In this document: piece by piece, positions 9,130 through 18,184 of the stretch
How positions within the stretch are numbered: position 1 is the first letter of the stretch
Layout: every line of letters begins with the position of its first letter
Source: Oscillospiraceae bacterium
Lineage (GTDB): Bacteria > Bacillota > Clostridia > Oscillospirales > CAG-272
DNA length: 46,549 nt
NCBI GenBank assembly: GCA_015063455.1
Contig: SVUC01000003.1
Location: 1-46,549 of the forward strand
Direction: 5' to 3'
The notes under the pieces: generated by a model
The model's database searches: none
The model's input: the letters and a program-made list of their open reading frames with translations, nothing else
What the model was told of the DNA's origin: nothing
Position numbers and translations under genes: made by a program

Positions 9130-9645
9130 TTTGGGTATTTTTGCACTTTTGTAAGTGCATCAAATTACGATTTGCTTGATTCATTAGATTATTTTTTGGA
9201 GGAATTTGCCCGATGCAAATTCCGAATAGATTATATGCTCCTGCGCGGAGGGCGCATAAAGACCCTCGCGCCGGGTCTTTATGAATTCAGGCGCTTAAGG
9301 GAAGGCGGCAAGCCGCATCCTCCCTTAAGGATCCTACCTATTGGTGCAAACTTATAGTTATACCTCATCGACGCGGCAGTTGTTGGCCGCGTCTCGATTA
9401 CAGTATGTCCGTGGATTTAGGGGGGATTCTTAAGGGGGGATGTGCGGAGCACCCCCAGCCTTAAGCGGCTGGATTCACAAGGACCTGCCGTTAAGGTCCT
9501 TGTGCGCTGTCCGCGTAGGACATAAAGAAAAATACAATTTGCTTTGAGCAAATTGTTTCGAAAAAATCCACCGATTTGCACGAATCGAAATTTGATGCGC
9601 CCCACGCGCAGTGCGAGAAAAAACAAATGATTCGCACGAATCACA
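9130..9645 (-). repeat. Large multi-hairpin palindromic element, copy B (interior inverted)
   Basis: Core hairpin 9370-9393 is the reverse complement of that in A/C/D/E; side-hairpin pairs 9201-9223/9534-9556, 9255-9283/9476-9504, 9294-9329/9429-9465. Confidence 0.9.
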
Positions 9646-9682
9646 CCTTCAAAACAAAAAAACGACAAAGGAAACCGCAGTT

Positions 9683-11269
9683 ATGAAAATTGAGATCTTC
9701 GACACAACCCTGCGAGATGGAGAACAAGGCGCGGGAGTAGAATTTTCGCGCGATGATAAACTAAGAGTTATTCACGCACTCGATTCGCTCGGCGTATCAT
9801 ATATTGAGGCCGGAATGATCACGGATGAAAGAAGCCGTGAGTTTTTCGCATCTCTCGGGGATGTTCAGCGCGAGCTCAAAAACGCAAAAATTGCGGTGTT
9901 TACACAAACTTGCCGCGCGGGAGAGCGTGCGGACGACAGCAGACTCCTCTCTCTTGCCGCATCTTCCCCCGTTCCGACGGCGGTGATTTACGGAAAAGCG
10001 TGGCTCTATCAGGTAACAGACGTCCTGCAATCTACAGCGGACGAGAACCTACGTATGATCCGCGACAGTATTGCTTACCTCGTGGCCTCGGGCAAAGAGG
10101 TCATCTTCGACGCGGAGCATTTCTTTGATGGATATTCCGACAATCCCGCCTATGCGATCGAGGTGGTTGATGCCGCATTCAAGGCGGGCGCATCAAGAGT
10201 TGTCCTGTGCGACACGAACGGCGGTATGCTCCCCGATGTTGTTGGGCTTATAACATCCGCCGTGTGCGAAAAATATGAAAATATCGGCATCCATTGCCAT
10301 AACGATATGGGAATGGCGGTGTCGTGTACCATATCCGCTGTCCTCTCGGGCGCATCCCAGATCCACGGTACGATCTCGGGTGTCGGAGAACGCTGCGGAA
10401 ACGCCAATCTCAACACACTGATCCCCGTTCTGCAGCTCAAGCTTGGATTTGACTGCATAGGGGATAAGATCGCATCTCTCACCTCTATTGCAAGACAGGT
10501 GAACGAGGCTGCGAACCTCTCATTTAACGAAAGCGAACCGTTTGTCGGCGGATATGCCTTTACTCACAAGGCGGGCGCGCACATCGACGGAGTGAAAAAA
10601 GCTCCGCGATCGTTCGAGCATATCTCTCCCGAGACGGTTGGAAATACAAGAAATATTGTTGTCAGCGGACTCAGCGGACGCGCGGCGATCATTGAAAAAA
10701 TGGAGCTGTATATGCGTTCCCGCGGAGAAGAAGATTTCTCCTTTACAAAGGATGATCCGCGTGTGCTGAATGCGGTCGAGATGATAAAGGAGCGGGAGAC
10801 TGCGGGGTACGATTACGAGGATGCAGGTGCTTCCTTAGCCCTTGCGATCGACGATTCTCTCGGAATCAGGAGACGATTCTTCAAGCTTCTCAGCCTCAAG
10901 GTGATTGCAGGAGAGAATATTGAGGGGACCGGTGACGAATTTACCGCATCCGCGATGATAAAGATTTCGGTTGACGGCAGAGAGGAGCTCACGGCAGGCG
11001 AGGGAAACGGTCCTGTCAACGCGATTGACGAGGCTCTGCGCCGTGCGCTCAGCAGATTCTACCCGCAGATCAAGAAAATGCACCTGACGGACTACCGAGT
11101 TCGTGTGCTCGACTCCCGTGCGACCGCCTCCGCGGTTCGTGTATCGATCGAATCGACAGACGGGCATCGTGTATGGCGCACGATCGGTGTATCGTCTGAC
11201 GTTATCAATGCGAGCTGGCAGGCGCTCTGCGACTCGGTGGAGTATTTGTTGACGCTTAGTGAAGCGTGA
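9683..11269 (+). CDS. cimA: Citramalate synthase
   Basis: [37 protein letters not shown]-terminal DYRVRVLD...ASWQAL.DS typical of bacterial CimA. Confidence 0.88.
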   Translation: MKIEIFDTTLRDGEQGAGVEFSRDDKLRVIHALDSLGVSYIEAGMITDERSREFFASLGDVQRELKNAKIAVFTQTCRAGERADDSRLLSLAASSPVPTAVIYGKAWLYQVTDVLQSTADENLRMIRDSIAYLVASGKEVIFDAEHFFDGYSDNPAYAIEVVDAAFKAGASRVVLCDTNGGMLPDVVGLITSAVCEKYENIGIHCHNDMGMAVSCTISAVLSGASQIHGTISGVGERCGNANLNTLIPVLQLKLGFDCIGDKIASLTSIARQVNEAANLSFNESEPFVGGYAFTHKAGAHIDGVKKAPRSFEHISPETVGNTRNIVVSGLSGRAAIIEKMELYMRSRGEEDFSFTKDDPRVLNAVEMIKERETAGYDYEDAGASLALAIDDSLGIRRRFFKLLSLKVIAGENIEGTGDEFTASAMIKISVDGREELTAGEGNGPVNAIDEALRRALSRFYPQIKKMHLTDYRVRVLDSRATASAVRVSIESTDGHRVWRTIGVSSDVINASWQALCDSVEYLLTLSEA

Positions 11270-11274
11270 TTATC

Positions 11275-11623
11275 TTTGGGCATTTTTGCACTTTTGTAAA
11301 GTGTATCAAATTACGATTTGCTTTAATTGTTAGGATTTAGGGAAGCAATTTGCCCGAGCAAATTGCAATTGGATTTTTATTGTCCTACGCGGACGGCGCA
11401 TAAGGACCTTGGCGGCAGGTCCTTATGAATCCAGCCGCTTAAGGATGGGAGTCGTGCAATTCACCGATGGTGAACAGCACTCCGATCCCCCCTTAAGAAT
11501 CCCCCCTAAAACTACGGACGGCACGTCCGTTGAGACGCGGCTAACAGCTGCCGCGTCGATGAAGATAAACTATAAGTTTTCACCCATAGGGGAGAATTCT
11601 TAAAGAGGGGATCAGGCATCCCC
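11275..11623 (+). repeat. Large multi-hairpin palindromic element, copy C (right arm truncated)
   Basis: Left arm and core match copies A/D/E; ends within the first right-arm hairpin (ggggatcaggcatcccc). Confidence 0.88.
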
Positions 11624-11678
11624 GCTGTAAGCGAAAGAAAAATAAAATTTGAAATTAAACCTCGAAAGGTATACATAT

Positions 11679-12734
11679 ATGAAAACCGTTATTCTTCTTT
11701 TTGGAGGGAAATCCTCCGAATACGAAGTCTCGCTGTCATCCGCGACAGCAGCTTATAACAATATTGATAAGGAAAAATTTAACGTCATCACCGTGGGTAT
11801 CTCCCGCGAGGGCAGATTCTACCTCTATAACGACGATCCCGCAATGATCGCCGCCGACAGCTGGATGAATGGCGTGAAATATCCCCTGTCCGTTGACCTC
11901 GCCGAAGGCTGCCTCACTTACGAGCGCGACGGGAAGGTCGAGAAGATCAACGCAGACGCAGTCCTTCCTATGATCCACGGAAAATTTTGCGAGGACGGTA
12001 CCCTCCAGGGTATGTTCGCTGTCGCAGGAATCCCGATCGTCGGATGCGATTGTCAGTCATCTGCCGTTTGTATGGATAAAGCTGTAACAAAGGCGATCAT
12101 TGATAACCAGACGGGGATCCGTCAGGCGAAGGCGGTCGTCGTCCGTCAGTCTGATGTGAAAAATCCCGCCGATGCCGATGCTATCCGCGAAAAATGCGAG
12201 CGTGAGATCGGATACCCGATGTTCGTCAAGCCCGCGAGAGCAGGTTCTTCCGTTGGAGTCACAAAGGTCAAGTCGGCTGAAAAATTTGCCGAGGCTCTGA
12301 TGGCAGCACTTGATGAGGACTCAAAGGTTCTCATTGAAGAATCTATCCTCGGTCCCGAGATCGAAGTTGCGGTTCTCGAGGAGAGCGGAGTTTATACCGT
12401 CGCACATCCCGCAGAGATCGACAAGGGATCTGCCGAATTTTACGATTACGAGACAAAATATATCAGCGATGCGTCATCCTTCTATCTTCCCGCGAGACTC
12501 AGCGAGGAAAAAATGTGCGAGGTTATGGGGTATGCCGAGACGATCTTCAAGGCTCTTGACTGCAGAGCGTTCTCGAGAGTCGACTTCTTCTATACGCCCG
12601 AGGGCGAGTTCGTGTTCAACGAGATCAACACTCTCCCGGGATTTACCCCCATCTCAATGTACCCCAAAATGATGATGAATGAAGGAATCGCGTATTCTGA
12701 GATACTTGAAAGACTCATCTCGACCGCAAAATAA
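11679..12734 (+). CDS. ddl: D-alanine--D-alanine ligase
   Basis: LFGGKSSEYEVSL, HGKFCEDG, KPARAGSSVG, FYDYETKY, NEINTLPGFT. Confidence 0.92.
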   Translation: MKTVILLFGGKSSEYEVSLSSATAAYNNIDKEKFNVITVGISREGRFYLYNDDPAMIAADSWMNGVKYPLSVDLAEGCLTYERDGKVEKINADAVLPMIHGKFCEDGTLQGMFAVAGIPIVGCDCQSSAVCMDKAVTKAIIDNQTGIRQAKAVVVRQSDVKNPADADAIREKCEREIGYPMFVKPARAGSSVGVTKVKSAEKFAEALMAALDEDSKVLIEESILGPEIEVAVLEESGVYTVAHPAEIDKGSAEFYDYETKYISDASSFYLPARLSEEKMCEVMGYAETIFKALDCRAFSRVDFFYTPEGEFVFNEINTLPGFTPISMYPKMMMNEGIAYSEILERLISTAK

Positions 12735-12787
12735 AATTTTGTTCAGCTGATTTGCTCACTTGAGACGCGTGAGAAAAAAGTTAGGTA

Positions 12788-12816
12788 TTGATTTTTTCTC
12801 ATTTGTCGGTTATAAT
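12788..12816 (+). promoter_or_regulatory. Sigma-A promoter
   Basis: TTGATT-17bp-TATAAT upstream of the M23 gene. Confidence 0.55.
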
Positions 12817-12921
12817 ATATAATAGGCAGAATATAAGTAAACGTGTTTTCGTATCGGATAACTTTTTCGTGCGGAAATACACAAAAATATACATAAAGTA
12901 AAACAGAGAGGATGGTACGCC

Positions 12922-14577
12922 GTGAAAAATAAAATTATTATCACAATAGTCGTACTTTTGTGCTTCATCCCGACACTCGCAGCAGTGCTCAGTTACCGTC
13001 AGGTGCAGAACGCTCCCATTGACGAGAACACCGCTGTTGCGATCACGATCAAGGATATCAACCAGAAGGAATACGTCCTGACCCGTGAGACAGACGGTGA
13101 AGAAGCTGAGGCGCTTATAAAATTCTTCCTCACGATGAAGAAAAATTCACAGGCGATCCCTGCGCTTCCCACATCTCTTACAGGCGAGAAGTGCTATGTG
13201 GTCACAGTTTCGAGCAATGTGAAAAAAGAATCATACGAATGTTATTTTTCACAGGATCCTGCGACAAACTATTTTGTCTCAAACAACGGAACTGCCCACA
13301 AGATCAGCGAAGAGGATGCTAAGCAGTTTATAACCAGCGTTTACGCTGAGAGTCTTTACGACGACTCAACAATTCCGACACTTCTTCTGTCGCACGAGTA
13401 TTATGTAACTCCCGACAGTGCGATCTGGCAGTACAAAAACTACACGGGCGACTACGTTGACAGAAACGTTGACGAGCTTATAAATCCCGTTATGGAATCG
13501 TTCGAGATTGAAGGCGGACTTGATCTTGCGTTCAGCCACAATCCCGATTACTGTACTGTAAAGGTTACCGACGCGAAGAACGGATCGGTTCTCTTCGAGG
13601 ATATTCTCTCGAATCTTTCTCTGTTCAGACTTGACAACACAAAAGAGGTTGAGGTTACTGTTACAGCTAAGTGGTACGACGATCCCGGCAGATCATTCTG
13701 CGGTGAGCTTGGCTTCTCATTCGGATCTCTCGTTACTGCACCTGCTGAATTCTACCTCGGCATGACCACTGTTGAATCGGGTAAGTTTACTGCGATCACA
13801 GCTCTCAACGTAACACGTCCCGAGAAGATCGAATTTGTATCCACACTCCCGAACGGTGTGACACCGAAGTTCTTCGATGCAGGCGACAACAGAGCGGTAG
13901 CTCTTCTTCCGATCAACGCTGACTGTCCTTCGGGCATTTACACTCTGACATTCTCCTACGGCGGAGTAACACAGAACACAAATCTGACGATCGAAAATCC
14001 CGGTCCGAAGTATTCATACTACACAGTTCCCGCAAGTGTTGTTTCGGTTTACAGAACGACTGCAGCTCTCGAGCAGTTTGAAAATGCTACTCAGGAGATC
14101 ATGGCGAAGTCTGTGACAACGAGACACTTCTCAGGTCACTTCATACTTGGTGTGACAGGAAACTACCAGCTTATGCGAGGATTCGGCAGAGACGTATACC
14201 TCAACAACAGCACAACGGTTACATACCGCAACAACGGTGTTGACTACACGGCGGCTGCGGGATCTGACATTGTTGCGTGCAACGCAGGTGAAGTTGTATA
14301 TGTTGGAATCCTTGATTATGCAGGAAACATTGTCGTAATTGATCACGGTTGGGGACTCAAGACGTGGTACTACAATCTCGGTTCTGTTACAGCCACAGTT
14401 GGTGACGTTGTAACACGCGGACAGAAGATCGGTACTGCAGGTCAGACAGGCTTCACGGGTGCGGTTGGCGCACACATTGCGATGTCGGTTGGAAATCAGT
14501 TTGTATCTCCTTACGACACTTGGTCTGACAGTCCTATCGCCGGTAAAGTTATAATTGCAAAGATTGATGAGCGCTGA
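12922..14577 (+). CDS. Exported/membrane-anchored protein with C-terminal degenerate M23 (LytM) domain
   Basis: N-terminal hydrophobic segment; GVDY, GNIVVIDHGWG, VGDVVTRGQKIGTAGQTG; Zn/catalytic His positions substituted. Confidence 0.8.
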   Translation: MKNKIIITIVVLLCFIPTLAAVLSYRQVQNAPIDENTAVAITIKDINQKEYVLTRETDGEEAEALIKFFLTMKKNSQAIPALPTSLTGEKCYVVTVSSNVKKESYECYFSQDPATNYFVSNNGTAHKISEEDAKQFITSVYAESLYDDSTIPTLLLSHEYYVTPDSAIWQYKNYTGDYVDRNVDELINPVMESFEIEGGLDLAFSHNPDYCTVKVTDAKNGSVLFEDILSNLSLFRLDNTKEVEVTVTAKWYDDPGRSFCGELGFSFGSLVTAPAEFYLGMTTVESGKFTAITALNVTRPEKIEFVSTLPNGVTPKFFDAGDNRAVALLPINADCPSGIYTLTFSYGGVTQNTNLTIENPGPKYSYYTVPASVVSVYRTTAALEQFENATQEIMAKSVTTRHFSGHFILGVTGNYQLMRGFGRDVYLNNSTTVTYRNNGVDYTAAAGSDIVACNAGEVVYVGILDYAGNIVVIDHGWGLKTWYYNLGSVTATVGDVVTRGQKIGTAGQTGFTGAVGAHIAMSVGNQFVSPYDTWSDSPIAGKVIIAKIDER

Positions 14578-14680
14578 CGTGATTTTTGAAAAATCTTGCC
14601 GTTAGACAGAATTCTCAACTGAATTGCTTAGATTTGAACGGTATACAGTTGGCTGAATCAGATAAAAAATAAAAATAACG

Positions 14681-14716
14681 ACCGTACGTAAGACTAACCT
14701 CGCGCGTACGGTTTGT
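14681..14716 (+). terminator. Probable intrinsic terminator
   Basis: accgtacg...cgtacggt followed by ttgtt. Confidence 0.45.
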
Positions 14717-14769
14717 TGATAATTGGGGTTATTTCCTCATTTTAAGTTGAAATTTACGGAGCGTATTTT

Positions 14770-17700
14770 ATGCTTAATTTGATTATCGGGCGATCGGGTA
14801 CGGGAAAATCCCGCAAGATCTGCGAGATGATAAAAGAAGATATTGGAAAAAAGCGGCAGGTCGTTCTGATCGTTCCCGAGCAGGAAACGGTTGACTGGGA
14901 GACGCGGATGGCGGGAGAGCTTCACGTTTCATCAAATCTTTATCTCGAAGTGACGAATTTCACCCGTCTTGCGAATTCTGTCGGACGAGTTTTCGGTGGA
15001 CTTTGCGATACTGTAATTGATGAAGGCTCTCGTTCGCTTCTTGTGTGGCGCGCGATGCTCTCTGTTTGGGAATCTCTTGAGATATACAAAAACAATCTTC
15101 TCGGAGATCGTGAGGACAGGAACATTCCGCATCTGATGCGTGCGATCGACGAGCTGAAGGGAAGCGGGATATCGCCCCTTGAGGCTGAGAATGCACTCAG
15201 ACTTCTGACCGCTGAGGCAGAAGAGAATGGGCAGAACGATGGTGGTACGGCTGACGCATTAACGAGGCGGTCTGAGGGAGATTTGATCTCACGTCTGAAT
15301 GATGCGATCCTTGTTTATTCCGCATACGAGGCTATCTTGCATGAGGACTACATAGACCGAGGGGATCTTCTTATAAATCTTGCAAATCAGCTTAAGACCT
15401 GCAGATATTTTGAAGGAAAAAAGGTATATATTGATTCATTTTTCTCCTTGACAAAGCCCGAGATGACGATTCTCTCGCAGATGATATCGCAGAGCGAGGG
15501 TGTTACGGTGACGTTTATGTGTCCTCCGACGGCAGACGGGGCTGTAAATGAGGACGAAATACAGTTCGGTGAGGTGCGCGATTATCTCAGACGTGTGAGA
15601 TCTCTTGCCGCGAGGATCGGGGTGGAGGAGAACATCATCCCGATGCAGGAGAACCGCAGGCACGAAGGATGTGACGATCTCAGACTTCTTGAGAAGGAAA
15701 TTTTCGCATACTCGGAAGTGTCCGGCACAGGATCGGACGGTGAGGACAGCTCGGACAGCGTCAGCATAATCAGTTGTGCTGACAGATACGATGAAGCGGA
15801 GGCTTGTGCGGCGATAATCGACCGACTTGTGCACGAGGGATACAAATACTCCGACATTGCGGTTGTGGCGAGAGATATTAGCACCCGCGAGGGAATAATT
15901 GACACCGTAATCAGACGTCACGGCGTGCGATGCTTTATGGCGAAGGCAAATGACGTCTCGCGTACTCCTGCGGTGAGATTTGTTATGGCGGTTATGTCTG
16001 TTATCGCGGACGGCTGGCAGAGGGAAGATATTATTTCTCTCGTCAAAACGGGACTCACGCCGCTCGGAAAATCGGGTGACGATTGGGAAGAGGATATTCT
16101 CGAGAGATACACAACAACGTGGAATATCTCCGGCAGACGAATGTACACGGCAGACGCGTGGTCAATGAACCCCGACGGATACAAAACGGAGATCACGGAA
16201 CGCGGCGCGGAGATCATACGGATCGCAAACGAAGCGAAAGAAAAGCTTATCCCGCCTCTTGAGAGGCTGGCGGAGAGCTTCGACGACGGAAAGATCAGCG
16301 CACGAGCAATTGCTGAGGGAATTGTTTCCCTCGCGGGTGATTATGAAATTTACGTCGGACTTGAGGAGATCGCAAGATCTTACGAAAGCCTCGGTATTCC
16401 CATGCAGGCGGATCAGACGAGGAGATCATGGGGATACGTCTGCGAGATCCTTGATAAAATGGTGAATATGCTCGGAGATACCTTGATGGACGCGGGCGGA
16501 TTTTTGAATCTGTTCACCCGTGTGGCGTCACTTATGGATACGGGTACGATCCCGACGGGTATTGACGAGGTCACGCTCGGAAGTGCGTCTGGTGTTCGAG
16601 TCGGTGAAGCAAAGTGCGTGATCGTTCTCGGCTCGGTCGAGGGTGAATTCCCCGCCGCTGTATCAGATGAGAAAAATTATTTCGGCGAGCGGGACAAGAT
16701 CGCGCTCGAAGCGGTTGGGCTTGAGCTCTCCTCTCCCGACAGCGATATACTCAACGCGAGAGAATATTTTATGTACTATCGAACCGTGGCGATGCCGACG
16801 GAAAAGCTGTTTGTTATCGTTCAGGGTGGAGAGAATATGTCAGAGGGTGCGCGGCGAATTGATGAAATCTTTTCTTCCTGCGGCAAAAATGTCGTGCGAA
16901 AATTCGGTGAGCTTCCCCTCGGTGAGATCGTTTACACAAAAGCGGGTGCGAGGTATCTGCTCTCACGCCGCAAATCTGAGGAAGACCGAGCTCTACTTCG
17001 CAGAATAATCGGCGTGGATGAGGTGGAAAAGAGCGGCTTGAGGGTCACCGATGCTGCGCTAGACTTTGAAGGTGAGATCCCGAGATCAATGCGCCTGTCG
17101 CAGAGCAGGATCGAGACTTTTGTGTCGTGCCCGTTCAATTACACCTGCAAGTATCTCGCGCGGATCGAGCCTGAGCCGAAGGCGGAGATCAGGTCTGTGG
17201 ATGTCGGTAATTTTGTACACAGTATTCTCGAAAAGTTTTTCGTCAGTATCCCGTCAGACAGGCTGAAATCAGCGGACTTGACGAGGGAGGAGACGGCGGC
17301 GATCGTTGACGGACTCATTGACGAATACCTTGAAGCTCTTGCAAATTCAAGCGGAAGGGCGAACGAGTTCTCGCGAGGATCGGGAAATGCACGGTTTGCG
17401 TACCTGTACGATCAGCTGAACAAAAATGTGCTTTCGTTCGTCGATGCGATAGTTGAAGAGTTCCGTGAGAGTAAATTTGAGCCTGCGGGGTACGAGGTGT
17501 CGGTCGGACTTCCCGGAAGCGCGGTCAGTGCAATCGAGCTTGAGAGTGACGATGGAATTCGTGTAATACTCGGCGGAGTCGTCGACAGGATCGACAAATA
17601 TACGGCAGAGGACGGAACGGTTTACTTCAGAATTGTCGACTACAAAACAGGGTCTAAGACGTTCTCGCTCGATGACTTGAAGCTTGGTTACGGAGTTCAG

Positions 17701-18174
17701 CTGATGATCTACCTGTTTTCGATCTGGAAATTCGGATCTGCGGCTCTGGGAGAGGGCTGCGTAGTCCCCGCGGGTGCTGAGTACTACATCACAAAACCTG
17801 CGGTTTCGACTCGCGAAAACGAAGGCTCAATTGAGCTTGACGGAGACGAATCGGTCAGAAAAATCGAGAAAAGCGGAATTTTCACCGAAAATGAGGAAAT
17901 TCTCCGTGCAATGGAGCGCGATCTTGGCGGCAGATTTGTTCCTGTGAAAGTGGGGAAGAACGGCGAGATCAAGCCATCCGACAAACATTCGGTAATTCTC
18001 GATGCGGCAAGATACTCCGAGATCTACGCAGATCTCGAAAGAACGATCGGGAAGATTGCATCAGAGATAGCTCGGGGACGTGCAGATGCGAAACCGAGAA
18101 AACACGGCGGACGCCTGCCTTGCGAATGGTGCGAGAACAAATATATTTGCAGAAATAAAATTACAATAAATTAA
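14770..18174 (+). CDS. addB: ATP-dependent helicase/nuclease subunit B
   Basis: GRSGTGKS, LIVPEQ, nuclease GVVDRID..IVDYKTG, Fe-S staple Cys (SCPF; CEWC....C). Confidence 0.92.
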   Translation: MLNLIIGRSGTGKSRKICEMIKEDIGKKRQVVLIVPEQETVDWETRMAGELHVSSNLYLEVTNFTRLANSVGRVFGGLCDTVIDEGSRSLLVWRAMLSVWESLEIYKNNLLGDREDRNIPHLMRAIDELKGSGISPLEAENALRLLTAEAEENGQNDGGTADALTRRSEGDLISRLNDAILVYSAYEAILHEDYIDRGDLLINLANQLKTCRYFEGKKVYIDSFFSLTKPEMTILSQMISQSEGVTVTFMCPPTADGAVNEDEIQFGEVRDYLRRVRSLAARIGVEENIIPMQENRRHEGCDDLRLLEKEIFAYSEVSGTGSDGEDSSDSVSIISCADRYDEAEACAAIIDRLVHEGYKYSDIAVVARDISTREGIIDTVIRRHGVRCFMAKANDVSRTPAVRFVMAVMSVIADGWQREDIISLVKTGLTPLGKSGDDWEEDILERYTTTWNISGRRMYTADAWSMNPDGYKTEITERGAEIIRIANEAKEKLIPPLERLAESFDDGKISARAIAEGIVSLAGDYEIYVGLEEIARSYESLGIPMQADQTRRSWGYVCEILDKMVNMLGDTLMDAGGFLNLFTRVASLMDTGTIPTGIDEVTLGSASGVRVGEAKCVIVLGSVEGEFPAAVSDEKNYFGERDKIALEAVGLELSSPDSDILNAREYFMYYRTVAMPTEKLFVIVQGGENMSEGARRIDEIFSSCGKNVVRKFGELPLGEIVYTKAGARYLLSRRKSEEDRALLRRIIGVDEVEKSGLRVTDAALDFEGEIPRSMRLSQSRIETFVSCPFNYTCKYLARIEPEPKAEIRSVDVGNFVHSILEKFFVSIPSDRLKSADLTREETAAIVDGLIDEYLEALANSSGRANEFSRGSGNARFAYLYDQLNKNVLSFVDAIVEEFRESKFEPAGYEVSVGLPGSAVSAIELESDDGIRVILGGVVDRIDKYTAEDGTVYFRIVDYKTGSKTFSLDDLKLGYGVQLMIYLFSIWKFGSAALGEGCVVPAGAEYYITKPAVSTRENEGSIELDGDESVRKIEKSGIFTENEEILRAMERDLGGRFVPVKVGKNGEIKPSDKHSVILDAARYSEIYADLERTIGKIASEIARGRADAKPRKHGGRLPCEWCENKYICRNKITIN

Positions 18175-18184
18175 TGTAAAAGAT

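Noticed and set aside
9130-9682. T-box or leucine attenuator between leuA and cimA
   Set aside because: No T-box motif or Leu-rich leader seen; the same sequence occurs in either orientation at unrelated loci.
11679-12734. Van-type resistance ligase
   Set aside because: Omega loop YDYETKY is of the D-Ala-D-Ala type; no vanH/X/T/R/S genes nearby.
17080-18174. Cas4-like Fe-S nuclease
   Set aside because: It is the normal C-terminal nuclease domain of AddB, adjacent to addA.
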